A DNA stretch of 62,860 nt, filler included, from Pirum gemmata (Eukaryota), in assembly GCA_002812295.1 (NCBI GenBank). It is 20 parts of 20 records of this genome, joined end to end, with 100 filler letters (N's around TTAATTAATTAA, not from the genome) between each part and the next. Parts side by side here need not be neighbours in the genome. Positions count along the whole stretch, not along the records: positions 12,019 to 14,923 come from PDIN01004124.1; positions 15,024 to 17,957 come from PDIN01004125.1; positions 18,058 to 20,974 come from PDIN01004126.1; positions 21,075 to 23,992 come from PDIN01004127.1; positions 24,093 to 28,101 come from PDIN01004128.1; 15 more parts are not named here. One strand, written 5' to 3'. Made by a program: the position numbers and the translations under genes. The notes under the pieces were generated by a model, which was not told the DNA's origin, ran no database searches, and saw nothing but the letters and a program-made list of their open reading frames with translations. Shown one piece after another: positions 12,250 through 24,456 of this stretch (position 1 is its first letter; each line of letters starts with the position of its first letter).

Positions 12250-13330
12250 TACCATTTTTGTTATTGTTATTATATTATGTTTGAAAATATTTGGAACGAG
12301 TGGGAGAGGAGGGTTAGTGGTTAGGGTTAGGGTATATAATTAATAAAGAAAATCATATTTTCCTTGAGTGAAAGGATTATATGATGTCATCCGCATTAGT
12401 CTCTTAGTTAGTGTTATTATTATTATTATTAATTACTATATTTGAAAATATTTGGAAGGAGTGAGAGGCAGTGACGTATACATCATCCCAACTTTTATTT
12501 ACAATATTGTTGAGAGGAGGGTTAGGATTAGAGGTTAGGGTTAGGGTTAGGGTTAGGGTTAGGGGATAGGGTTAGGGTTAGGGGTTAGGGTTAGGGTTAG
12601 GGGATAGGGTTATAGGGTTAGTGGTTAGGGTTAAGGTTAGGGGTTAGGGTTAGGGTTAGGGTTAGGGGTTAGGGGTTAGGGTTAGGGTTAGGGTTAGGGG
12701 TTAGGGTTAGGGTATGTAATTAATAAAAAAAATCCTATTTTCCTAGAGTAAAAAGGGTTATGTGATGTCATCCGTATTAGTCTCTTAGTTGGTTTTGTTG
12801 TTTTTATTATTTATAATTAATATATTTGAAAATAATTGGAAGGAGTAAAAGGAGCAGTGACGTATACATCATATCAACTTTATTTAAAATATTGTTACAT
12901 AATTAATATAAAATCCTAAAAAAGGGTTATGCGCCGTCATCCGTATTAGTCTCTTAGTTATTTTTGTTGTTTTTATTATTTATAATACTATGTGTGAAAA
13001 TATTTGGAAAGAGTGAGAGGAGCAGTGACATATATATCATTTCCACTTAACTTTTTTATTTAATTAATATAAAAAATCCTATTTTCCTTGAGTAAAAAGG
13101 GTTATGTGACGTCATCCGTATTAGTCTTTTAGTTAGTTTTGTTGTTCTTATTATTTATAATACTATGTTTGAAAATATTTGGAAGGAGTGAGAGGAACAG
13201 TGACATATATATCATTTCAATTTAAACTTTTATTTAAAATATGGCTATTTAATTAATATAAAAAATCCTATAGACGTCATTCGTATTAGCCTCTTAATTA
13301 TATTGAAAAAAAATGGAAAAAGTGAATTTG
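12250..13330. repeat. Degenerate ~170-bp tandem repeat (about 5 units) interrupted by (TTAGGG)n at 12522-12712
   Basis: GTCAT(C/T)CG(T/C)ATTAG recurs near 12386, 12767, 12936, 13111 and 13276; TTTGAAAATATTTGGAAGGAGTGAGAGG-like blocks also recur. Confidence 0.85.
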
Positions 13331-13373
13331 AATAAACCGGGAAAGGAAAAAATCGAAGCCTAACAAATCTAAA

Positions 13374-13550
13374 ATCAAAAACCAAAAAACCAAAACCAAA
13401 AACCAAAAACCAAAAACCAAAAACTAAACCAAAACCAAAACCAAAACCAAAACCAAAACCAAAACCAAAACCAAAACCAAAACCAAAACACCAAAACCAA
13501 AACCAAAACCAAAACCAAAACCAAAATCAAAACCAAAATCAAAACCAAAA
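13374..13550. repeat. (CCAAAA)n microsatellite
   Basis: Visible hexamer array. Confidence 0.9.
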
Positions 13551-13680
13551 GAAACTAATAATAATAATAATAAATACAAAAAATAATACATATAAAGCTA
13601 AAGATTTCGACTAAAAAAACCAAAACCAAAAATCATCCCCCTCACCACCACCAGAAATGGAAATCAATGGGGGAAACGGA

Positions 13681-13695
13681 GGTTAGGGTTAAAGA

Positions 13696-13728
<33 letters not shown>

Positions 13729-13982
13729 TAGTGTTAGGGGTGGTTAAGGGTTAAGGTTAAGGTTAAGGTTAAGGGTTTACGGTGTGGTGTTGGTTAGGGG
13801 TTAGGTGTTGTGGCGTCAGGGGACAAGGGTCAGGGGTCAGGGGTCAGGGGTCAGGGGTCAGGGTCAGGGGTTAGGGTCAGGGGTTAGGGTCAGGGGTCAG
13901 GGTCAGGGGTTAGGTTAGGGGTTAGGGTCAGGGTTAAGGGTTAGGATCGGGGTTAGCGTTAGGAGGACCCTAACCCTAACCC
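13681..13982. repeat. Degenerate telomere-variant array (TTAGGG, TTAAGG, TCAGGG, TCAGGGG)
   Basis: Variant blocks visible, ending in two inverted CCCTAA units. Confidence 0.85.
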
Positions 13983-14062
13983 AAATCATTCTTATTTTAG
14001 AATCATCGTAAAAAGGTGCTTTTTCAATATAATCAATACAAATAAAAAAACTTGTAGTATAA

Positions 14063-14109
<47 letters not shown>

Positions 14110-15190
14110 CCGAACCAAAAAACAAAACAATAAAACAATGGAGCAATAATAAAACACTTAACACAATAAAACAGTTAACTGTTAAACCAAAAACCAAAAC
14201 CAAAACCAAAACCAAAAACCAAAACAATAAAACAATCAAACAATAAAACAACAAAAACATAAATGAGAAAATTAACAATAACTGTTTTTATTATATAATC
14301 ACTTTACAATATTAATCATTCAACTACAGCCATGATATTGCTATTAACTATTGTTTAACCTTGCAGATATCTTTATCATTATGACTATGATTATGATTAT
14401 GATTATGACATACATAAAGGAAAATATTATTTTCTTCATAATTATTATTTGCTCTATATTTAGTAAGTTGAACAACATTTATTTAGTTAAATGTTAAATG
14501 TTCTTTACAAACTATGATTCTAGTTTACTTGTAATAAAAAATTAACAGTGTTATAATTAATTTTTATAGTTATTATATTGCTAATAATAAAGTACCCCTC
14601 TCACCCTACCACCCATACAATTTTTTTTTTTTCAGAGAATAAAATACCACGGAGATGCGGGAAAAACTATCGAATCGAGACTAGTTCGAAATTTTCGAAA
14701 TTTTTCGACCTAATTTTAAGTATTGACTCACCTTTGATTTCATTAAAAAATTCTTAAAAATTCTTAGAAATGTTATAGAAAAACTTGAAACTCTCGAAAA
14801 AAAGAGGGTATCATTTCAAAATTGTCACTATTCAATAATTAGAATCGAGTTGTTTGATTCGATTATGCTTTCCGTATCCCCCACCCCTTCCCAATAAAAA
14901 AAACACCCCTTTTATCATTTATCNNNNNNNNNNNNNNNNNNNNNNNNNNNNNNNNNNNNNNNNNNNNTTAATTAATTAANNNNNNNNNNNNNNNNNNNNN
15001 NNNNNNNNNNNNNNNNNNNNNNNAAAAGGGAAAAAATGGATGGGCTCATATGAGCCCACACCCCGGGCTCATATGAGCCCTTTTTTCTGACCGATAGAGA
15101 CTAGTAGCTATTGATATCATCTATCGATTATCATCCACTGCTTGGTTGTATCATTTTTTTTTTAAGTCTACTTTAGTTAGAGAACCTGTC

Positions 15191-15307
15191 CCTTGGAAAC
15201 CCTTGGAAACCCTTGGAAACCCTTGGAAACCCTTGGAAACCCTTGGAAACTCTTGGAAACCCTTGGAAACGAAACCCCTTGGAAACCCTTGGAAACCCTT
15301 GGAAAAC
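15191..15307. repeat. (CCTTGGAAAC)n 10-bp minisatellite
   Basis: About 11 units. Confidence 0.95.
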
Positions 15308-16153
15308 CGACTGCCAAATGGCAGTGTTCAAAAAAAAAAAAAAACACAATAAAATAAATAAGAGACAGTTTTTTTTTGCTTCAAAAATAATAGTCGATTT
15401 TTATCTGCGATTTTTTTATGACAAACTCTGACTAGCTACTACTAGCTACTACTACTCTAAGCTCTGACTTGACTTGAATAGCTATGATACTTGAATACTA
15501 CCTACTTGAATCTTGATTTATTATTTTTTGTAAAAAATATATAATAAATATGATATAAATAATTATTAAAATTTGCCTTTCTATGTATCACCATATTATC
15601 CACTTTATCACCCCACCAGGGCCATAGATACCTATCTGATACTACTAGCTAGTAGCTTAGCTACTACAGTAGCTATCATTTGATAGCTATCAATACTATC
15701 GATAGCTATCATTAACTTTAAAATATGCCAAAGTATTATGAAACAAATCAACAAATTGCAACTTTAATTTTTTTAACTATGCATGATATCACAAAAGTAC
15801 TACAAAATTTTGAGAAATCGTCTAACTAAGCAAACTCTATTATGAACTCAGATTATGAACTAGTTTTGAAAATAATTTGGCTAGTTATCATAATAGCAAA
15901 GGTTTTATATAGAAAAGTCTAAAAAAAAGGATTTCTACAGTTTTATATAGATAGGAGGTCTACTCTAGGTTTATAGTATGATAGTTTTATAGCTAGTTTT
16001 ATCCAGAAAAAAAAAACTGAAGAAAAAAAGCACAATTAATGATAGCTCTGTATGAATCACCCCGCAGTATGAAAGGTAACGAATATAATCATATTATTAT
16101 CATAATTATAATAATAATATTATAGACTATCATATCAGATATTAGCTATCAAA

Positions 16154-16342
16154 TATCGTGCATTTCATTTATTTTGTCACTCCGAATATTTATTTGGTTG
16201 ATTATAATATTTAAATAGACATTTTTAAATGAATATATAGATAATAAAATATACCAAATTAAATTAAATGGATTTATATTGTATTAATTTGGTACTATTT
16301 ATTGTTGATTTTATGATGACAAAACAACTGAAAAGCACTATA
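16154..16342. mobile_element. MITE family A, ~190 bp, near full length
   Basis: Family consensus TIR TATCGTGCTTTTCA...TGAAAAGCACGATA (imperfect in this copy). Internal inverted motifs TTTTGTCA/TGACAAAA and TACCAAATTAA/TTAATTTGGTA. No ORF. Confidence 0.8.
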
Positions 16343-16565
16343 AAACATTACTGTTATATTATACTGTTACATTAATAATAATTATTAAAAAGTGGGTTTA
16401 TTTATTAATTAATATTATACAGACTTAGACCACTATCCCAAATAGACTATCACAATTTTATTTATAATATCATATTTTTCAATATACGCTTGATAGCTGT
16501 ATCATTTATATTATAAATTACAGGTAAATTGCCAGTAGTATTTTACTGTATTATTTATAACTAGG

Positions 16566-16635
16566 TGTATATATAGACGTTAATTGTATTATTTACATTC
16601 TTAAATAAATAATACAATTAACGTCTATATATACA
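16566..16635. repeat. Perfect hairpin, 30-bp stem and 10-nt loop
   Basis: TGTATATATAGACGTTAATTGTATTATTTA (16566-16595) and its exact reverse complement (16606-16635). Confidence 0.9.
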
Positions 16636-16828
16636 TGTTATCAATAATATGAAGTATCGGGGNNNNNNNNNNNNNNNNNNNNNNNNNNNNNNNNNNNNNN
16701 NNNATATTATCAATATTTACTGGTAGTCCATATCATGTGTTGTAATGTAATGTATGATACCATGGTTCTTATCGATACTTATTAATATTATGTCCTTTGA
16801 TCATTTAGGTCTATATATAATAAAATAT

Positions 16829-17003
16829 TATCGTGCATTTCATTTATTTTGTCACTCCGAATATTTATTTGGAGGGTTATAATCTTTAAATTGACAATTT
16901 TAAATCAATATACAGATAAAAAAATATACCAAATTAGATTAAATGAATTTAAATTATATTAATTTGGTACTATTTATTGTATACTTTATAATGACAAAAC
17001 AAA
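16829..17003. mobile_element. MITE family A copy, right TIR lost
   Basis: Starts TATCGTGCATTTCATTTATTTTGTCACTCCG, identical to the start of the 16154 copy. Confidence 0.75.
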
Positions 17004-17410
17004 TGTAATGTTATATCAAATAGAAAGTATAGAAAGTCACCTCTAGCCAACTAGCTATGATATTCATAGATAAAGTCACCTGGCTATCGTGATAGCTTAT
17101 CATAGCTAGCTAGCTACTAGTAGCGTATCAAATGATACTTATCGATACTCACTACCCTGACGACTACCAGTTGGAAAGCTAGTCTATCATACCTTTTTAG
17201 ACTCTTTTTAGCCAGGCCAGCAGACCATTTTTTTTTTCTTTTCTGGAATATCATATTAATATGATATTGATAATAATATGACTAGTAGTGGCTAGCTAGC
17301 TGGAGCTTGTAGCTAGCTAGCTACCTGTAGTCACTGTAGCTAGCTCTAGCTAGCTAGGACGAGCCCTCTACCAGCCACTAGCTAGATAGGGACGTAACAG
17401 TGGGTGGGGG

Positions 17411-17642
17411 AGTAGGTGTGAGATGACGTCATTTTATTACTACCGAACGGCTGCCGAAATTTTTCCGATTTTATGGTTTTATTACTATTAATGTTAATAT
17501 TGTTACTTTAATTGGTATCTACAATAATTAGACTTACTATTTTAAGTTGTTTAACTGCTATTATTAGTAAGAAACACGGAACTAAGGTTGGCTCGATAAG
17601 CATCTGTTCGAAAAAAGTTCCAGTAGATATCTCACCCCTACT
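17411..17642. mobile_element. MITE family B (~230 bp)
   Basis: TIR AGTAGG(G/T)GTGAGAT...ATCTCACCCCTACT; homologues at 29598-29732 and 51152-51368. Confidence 0.8.
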
Positions 17643-18090
17643 ACTGGGGGGGGGTCGGATTTTTGTGACTCATTGTGACGTATTTAATTATAGTAGGTAG
17701 GTAGATATTCGTAATATGACGTAACGCAAAAAAAAAAAACAACAACAACAACACTGAACAACAACAAAGAGTAGTACTAGCTCCTAGTAGAAGCTAGCTA
17801 GTGTAGTACTGTTGTTATCATACTCTACCGGCTGGTCTCTACCGGTATCTGATATCAGTCATATCACACTCGATATCATACTGTTTTACAGCAAGCTCTA
17901 ACTTCTACTAAAGTACCCCCCAGTAGATGCTAGTTTTTTTTTTTTTTTTTTTCTATCNNNNNNNNNNNNNNNNNNNNNNNNNNNNNNNNNNNNNNNNNNN
18001 NTTAATTAATTAANNNNNNNNNNNNNNNNNNNNNNNNNNNNNNNNNNNNNNNNNNNNTTATTATTATTATTATTATTATTATTTATATAG

Positions 18091-18228
18091 CTTTTAATGG
18101 AAAGAGGAGAGAAGTTAGGCGAGATTGATGATAAGGCCGAAACAATGAAAAACCAAGCTTCAGAATTTTTAAACACGATCCGAGAACATAATAAAAAACA
18201 GGCCGCCAAAAAATGGTACCAATTGTAA
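18091..18228 (+). CDS. STXBP5: Terminal exon of tomosyn (syntaxin-binding protein 5-like), C-terminal R-SNARE motif
   Basis: After a TATAG acceptor the exon reads LLMERGEKLGEIDDKAETMKNQASEFLNTIREHNKKQAAKKWYQL*. This matches the tomosyn ERG.KL SNARE motif and KKWYQ(F/L) terminus. No TM anchor. Not in the ORF track. Confidence 0.8.
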   Translation, partial: LLMERGEKLGEIDDKAETMKNQASEFLNTIREHNKKQAAKKWYQL

Positions 18229-18590
18229 AGAGTAATAAAAGTCATTAATGACTCGGTGATTCAAACTCTGCCTTTTATTTCAGTTTTTTGTTATATTCCA
18301 TAATTAAAGTCATCAAAACGAGTTTAGGTCACACTATTAAAAGGCAATATATATATATTGTTATATTTGTAATAGTAAGTTAAAAACCAACAACCAACAA
18401 CCAACTACCAATAATGAACCAACCAACAACCAACAATCAACAATAACAACCACGACCATTAACCTCACCCACTAACCACGGTTTGCTATTGGTTATTAGG
18501 AATTACATTCTTAGGGTTAGGGGGCACTAAACTGGATTTTTAAAATAATCGATAAGAAATTGTATTTGTTTTGGTGGTCATTTGGCCGAG

Positions 18591-18731
18591 CAACCAACAC
18601 CAACAACGAACAACGAACAACCAACAACCAACAACCAACAACCAACAACCAACAACCAACAACCAACAACCAACAACCAACAACCAACAACCAACAACCA
18701 ACAACCAACAACTCCCTAACCAACAACCAAC
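18591..18731. repeat. (ACCAACA)n heptamer array
   Basis: Visible repeat. Confidence 0.9.
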
Positions 18732-18785
18732 ATAAAAACCTAATTAGGTTTAGGGTTTGTTTCAATAAAATNATAATATTCTAAT

Positions 18786-18918
18786 AGGGTTAGGGTTAGG
18801 GTTAAGGTTAAGGTTAAGGTTAGGGTTAGGGTTAAGGTTAAGGTTAAGGTTAGGGTTAAGGTTAGGGTCAAGGTTAAGGTTCAGGTTAGGGTCAAGGTTA
18901 AGGTTAAGGTTAGGGTCA
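18786..18918. repeat. TTAGGG/TTAAGG variant tract
   Basis: Visible repeat. Confidence 0.9.
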
Positions 18919-19099
18919 AATCATTTGGTTGTATTTTGGGTTTTATTAAACGACACGATTGTATTGTGATGAGTTTGTTCATTTCATTTTTATTGCTACT
19001 TTAAATCGTTATTACTGTATGAAAGATTAAATAAAGATCGAGTGAGAGGGGAAACTTTTAATTAAATTGCGTCATTATATTTGTAGTATATTTTAATTT

Positions 19100-19250
19100 T
19101 ATCGGTGGTACGGTTTAATTCTAGAATTGAACTTGTTTATAAAATAAAATATTAATTATAAAATACCAAAATAAATAAAAAATGTCTGATAATTATAATT
19201 TGGAATGTTTTATTTCGGTTTCTGAACTGGACAACACTATTGAAAATCAA
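19100..19250. repeat. Dispersed repeat family G (inverted homologue at ~32855-33020, partly duplicated to ~33210)
   Basis: Shared CTGGACAAC...CACTATTGAAA, TGTCTGATA and AATTGAAC..GTTTATAAAATA blocks. Confidence 0.65.
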
Positions 19251-19304
19251 GATAGTTAAAAAAAGGCTGTAGGAGAGGGATACTTGTTAAGTATTACGTC
19301 ATTT

Positions 19305-20921
19305 AGCATCGCTATATACAACTTAACGGATACAATTTGACTAATTTGCGCTCTTTAAATATTTCTCTGTTTGTAATAAAAAACACACAACTATTAACTT
19401 TAAAATACCAAAATAAAATCGAAAGCGACACAAAAAAATTCGATACTATTACTAAGTGGTATTATAGCTAATTAGTGAATTCGTTTTTAGCTTTTTCTAA
19501 ACAATTCTTCAGTTATAAAAGCATCACTATATGTAACTAAACAGATACAATTTAACTAATTTGCTTTCTTTAAATATATTTCTGTTTGTAATAAAAAACA
19601 CCGAACTATTAATTTCAAAATACCAAAATAAAATCAAAAGCGACACACACAAAAAAAAATGATACTACTACTATGTCGTACTGTAGTTAGTTGGTGAATT
19701 CGTTTCTGGGGTCGAACATTTTCTTGGAAGAACTCTTCAGTTTTGAAAGCATCACTATATAATAAAACTTAATGGTTACCATTTGACTAATTTGCTATGT
19801 TTAATATTTCTGTTTGTAATAAAAAACATCCAACTATTAATTTCACAATACCAAAATAAAATTGAAATCGACATAAAAAAAAACGATACTACTACTACTA
19901 TTACTACTTTGCCGTACAGAAACTAATAGTTGGTGAATTCGTTTCTGGGGTTGAGCTTTTTCTTGCAACAATTCTTCAGTTTTGAAAGCATCACTTTATA
20001 AAACTTAACGGTTACAATTTGACTAATTTGCTATCTTTAAATACTCCTTTTTTTGTAATATAAAACACCCAAATATTAATTTCAAAATACCAAAATGAAA
20101 TCAAAAGGGGCACAATCACTATAATCGTACTGTAAGTGGTTGGTGAATTCGTAAAAGCATCACTATATATAAATTAACGGCTACAATTTGACTAATTTGC
20201 TATCTTTAAATACTCCTTTTTTTGTAATATAAAACACCCAAATATTAATTTCAAAATACCAAAATGAAATCAAAAGGGACACAATCACTATAATCGTACT
20301 GTAAGTGGTTGGTGAATTCGTAAAAGCATCACTATATATAAATTAACGGCTACAATTTGACTAATTTTCTATCTTTAAATACTCATATTTTTGTAACATA
20401 AAACACCCAAATATTAATTTCAAAATACCAAAATGAAATCAAAAGGGACACAACCACTACAATCGTACTGCAAGTGGTTGGTGAATTCGTAAAAGAATCA
20501 CTATATATAATTAACGGATACAATTTGACTCTTTTGCAATCTTTACATATTCGTTTGTTTGTAATAAAAAGCACCCAACTATTAATTTCAAAATACCGAA
20601 ATACAAAATCGAAGGGACACAAAAAAAAAGAAGAAAACGATACTACTACTACTAGTACCATAGTCGTACTGTCAAGTTTTTCCTTGAAACAATTCTTCAG
20701 TTCTAAAAGCATCACTATATATAACTTAACGGATACAATTTGACTAATTTGTTATCTTTAAATATTTAATTTTCTGTAATAAAAACACGCAAATATTAAT
20801 TTCGAAATACCAAAATAAAATCAAAGAGACACAACCACTATAATCGTACTGTAAGTGGTTGGTGAATTCGTTTCTGGTGTCGAGCTTTTTCTTGAAATAA
20901 TTCTTCGGTTTTAAAAGCATC
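19305..20921. repeat. Tandem satellite of 8 units, ~168-240 bp each
   Basis: Units begin with a GCATCACTATA-like motif at ~19307, 19521, 19749, 19989, 20157, 20326, 20496 and 20709. They share ACAATTTGACTAATTTG, AAATACCAAAAT.AAATC and GTGAATTCGT. Confidence 0.92.
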
Positions 20922-22437
20922 TTTCTTATTTTTCTTTTGAGTCCGGCGATTCTATTTAATTATTATTATTATTANNNNNNNNNNNNNNNNNNNNNNNNNN
21001 NNNNNNNNNNNNNNNNNNTTAATTAATTAANNNNNNNNNNNNNNNNNNNNNNNNNNNNNNNNNNNNNNNNNNNNTTTATTTTTTTTTTTTGGAAAAAGAT
21101 CACATGAACGATGATTTCAAATACCTAGTCGGATGAAATATCGATAGTCCAATAACTTTCGAATTTTTATTCATTTTTCTTTGTTGAACAATTGTATTTA
21201 TAATAGCTTGAAAATTAATAACATAATGATATATTATATTAAAGTTTAGCCAATTTACTTATACTAAAAGATACCAATTATTTTTTATTTAATACCAAAT
21301 AAGGATAGAAATATTACAAAAATCAATCTGACGATTCGAACGAAAAAATTAAAAATCGATTCTAACTAAAGGTTAAATCGATTCTTATTAAACTAAAATC
21401 GATTTTGACATGCTGGCTTGCCCTACACAACACTGAATATGACGCAATTTTAAAAATGACGTCAGTAAGGGTTTTTAATTAGTCTAGCTATCATAGATTA
21501 AAAATTAATTAATTTTTAGTTAGTAGGGTTTTAGGGTTAGGGTTACGGTTACAGTTACGGTTAGGGTTAGAGTTAGTGTTAGTGTTAACTTGAGCCAAAA
21601 GTCCTAGTAGTAGCTATAGGAATCATCTTATGAGCGGGCACTCGAGAGCATTAATTAAGCACAAGGTAATTTAAACTGAGTCTAAATAGGATGATACCTT
21701 TTGCAACTGGCAAATAGACTTATAAGTTGACTAGCTACTAGTACCGACAACTGAAAATGATGAACTGAACACTGAAACAGAAAAAACTCGTGCTCTTATA
21801 TGCATAGATAAACTGAGTCGACTTCCAAATACGACTAACAATTATTGGTAGGGGTACCGGTTATATATAACTAGGATTAGCTATAGGGGTTAGGGTTAAT
21901 TAACATTGGGTCAGGGTTGGATAAAATTAGCTATAGGTATTAATATTAATATTAATATATGGTATTAATAATATTAATATAATATTAATATTAATATTAG
22001 GTAGCTATTTATTATAGCTTAGGATTAGAGGTTTACTATATAATATATTTATAGGGCTAGGGGTTTGGGTTTGGGTTTAGGGTTCAGGATATCATGATAT
22101 ATTAATATCTACATATAATATTAATATTAGGACATAATATCATAGTTAATTAACTATACCGGCACCTAGCTAGATATACAGCTATGATTATTTATAGGTT
22201 AGGGGTAGGGTTAGGAGGGTTAGGATTAGGATTAGGAAAAAGATGCAGAAGATGAGTTTATCACTACTGAACATACAGGTACTAATAATCAATTTGTAGC
22301 CATTGATATGTCAAATGTATCATTCACATATATGTCTATATATATCATATTAATATTAATAACAAAACGAAAAAAATATTATAAATAACAAAATAACAAA
22401 ATAACAAAACAAAATGATACTACATATAAAACAACCC

Positions 22438-22667
22438 TAGTCTCTATTCGTCAGATAGCGCTGTCATTTCAAAATGACAAAAAATAGTTTTACTTTGACA
22501 AACTTTTCGGGAAATGAGAATGAATGACACGATCAGCTCACTGCATAATANNNNNNNTCATTTGATATACTTTTCGTCTCATTTGCGTAATTAAAAGTGT
22601 TAATACGACCACGTTGGATTTGAGATAAAACGTCATTTTAAAATGACGCTCTGACGAATAGACACTA
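22438..22667. mobile_element. MITE family F (~226 bp), flanked by TA
   Basis: TA|GTCTCTATTCGTCAGA...TCTGACGAATAGACAC|TA, with subterminal GTCATTT.AAAATGAC palindromes at both ends. Confidence 0.7.
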
Positions 22668-22685
22668 GCTACTACCTATTTACTA

Positions 22686-22872
22686 TATCGTGCTTTTCAG
22701 TTGTTTTGTCATCATAAAATACACAATAAAGAGTACCAAATTAACACTATATAAATCCATTTTATTTAATTTGGTATGTATTATAATCTAATTATTAATT
22801 TAAAAATATCAATTTAAAAATATTAAAACCAACAAAATAAATATTCAGAGTGACAAAATAAATGAAAAGCAC
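22686..22872. mobile_element. MITE family A copy
   Basis: TATCGTGCTTTTCAG...ATGAAAAGCAC. Confidence 0.8.
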
Positions 22873-22940
22873 ACAAAAGTAAACTTTGATAGTTTACAAA
22901 ACAACCAAAGGGACAAATACTACGTAGCTCCAATTTCCAG

Positions 22941-23043
22941 TCAAATACAGCTTCAAATACCCCTACCTACCTACCCCTCGACGTTAAAATATCCGGTCAA
23001 ATGCCACCTACTTACCTACCCCTGACGTGACGTATTATTTGAA
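22941..23043. repeat. Dispersed repeat family C (second copy 28814-28915)
   Basis: TCAAATACAGCTTCAAATACCCC..ACCTACCTAC...TGACGTGACGTATTATTTGAA occurs on two scaffolds. Confidence 0.8.
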
Positions 23044-23502
23044 GTTTGAACACTCCCAAACTAGAAAAAATTGAATGCCTAGTCGAATAAGCCTATTAGA
23101 GGGCTTATAATACCCCCCCTTAGCCCCATAGCAGTTTTTTGTGAAGGCTTTGAGAAAGCATAGAGGTCAATTATTTTTACTACTGCTACAGGGTCAGAGT
23201 CCTAGGGAGTATAGAGGTCAATAATTTTTACTACTCCTCCAAAGGCCAGAAATAGAGGTCAATAATTTTTATATATTTCACACGTCACTTAGCTAGAGCT
23301 AGATAGGGCTCTAAATTCGTCTGACTCTAAGCTAAACCTAACTGAATCTTGATCTGATAGTCTAACCCTTGTTATAGCCTAACGTTATCATAAATCCATA
23401 ACCCTACCCTTCCTTTCGCCAGGTCATGTTTAAAAATAGATGTCACTTTTTAAGTGAGTTCATTCTTTTTTTTTTTTCACGAATTAGAACGCCAGAAAAT
23501 TA

Positions 23503-23568
<66 letters not shown>

Positions 23569-23594
23569 TTTTTTTTTTTTGCTCTTCCCTTTCT

Positions 23595-23865
23595 CTAGCT
23601 AGCTAGCTAGCTAGCTAGCTAGCTAGAAAAGTAGACACTAGCTAGAGCTAGTCCTGAGCTAGTCTAGCTAGTAGACTGTAGTTCTAGACTATAGCTAGCT
23701 ATGTGTTATAGTATGATAGACTAGTCTAGTCTCTGAGTCTAGCTAGTCTACAGAGTAGTCTATAGTAGTCTAGCTAGGTCTACTTTTCACAATAAAGAAT
23801 AACTCATGCTAGACTAGTAGTCTAGAGACCCTTTCTAAAGAAATCCCTGGCTAGTCTAGACTACC
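23595..23865. repeat. CTAG/TAGCTA/TAGACTA-rich low-complexity tract
   Basis: (TAGC)n and variants; similar tracts at 17280-17390, 35880-36060 and 53055-53140. Confidence 0.85.
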
Positions 23866-24092
23866 AGAACCAGCTTTAGTTAGAAAACCAGAACAAAACA
23901 CACAAAACCTCCGCAGAGCGGTTCGTTCCGACGAATAATCAAATCCGATTCCGTCCGTCCGACTTGCTCTGTTCTCCGATCCGTCCGAATTTNNNNNNNN
24001 NNNNNNNNNNNNNNNNNNNNNNNNNNNNNNNNNNNNTTAATTAATTAANNNNNNNNNNNNNNNNNNNNNNNNNNNNNNNNNNNNNNNNNNNN

Positions 24093-24456
24093 AAACTTTT
24101 AAACTGATAATATTAAATGAATAAATTGATAATAAAATGTAGCAAATAAAATTAAATGGATTTATATTGTATTAATTTGGTAGTATTTATTGTAATTTTA
24201 TGATGAAAATAAAATATTTATTTTGTCACCCTGCATATTTTTTTGGTAGGTTAAAAAAAAACAAAATAAAAGATTGTACTTTTTCATTTATTTTGTCACC
24301 CTGCATATTTTTTTGGTAGGTTATAAACTTTTAAACTGATAATATTAAATGAATAAATTGATAATAAAATGTAGCAAATAAAATTAAATGGATGTATATT
24401 GTATTAATTTGGTAGTCTTTATTGTAATTTTTATGATGACAAAGCAACTGAAAAGC
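24093..24456. mobile_element. Tandem partial MITE family A copies
   Basis: Duplicated family A internal sequence ending GACAAAGCAACTGAAAAGC. Confidence 0.7.

Noticed and set aside
19305..20921. CRISPR-like array
   Set aside because: The variable parts are homologous to each other, the units are too long, and there are no unique spacers or cas genes.
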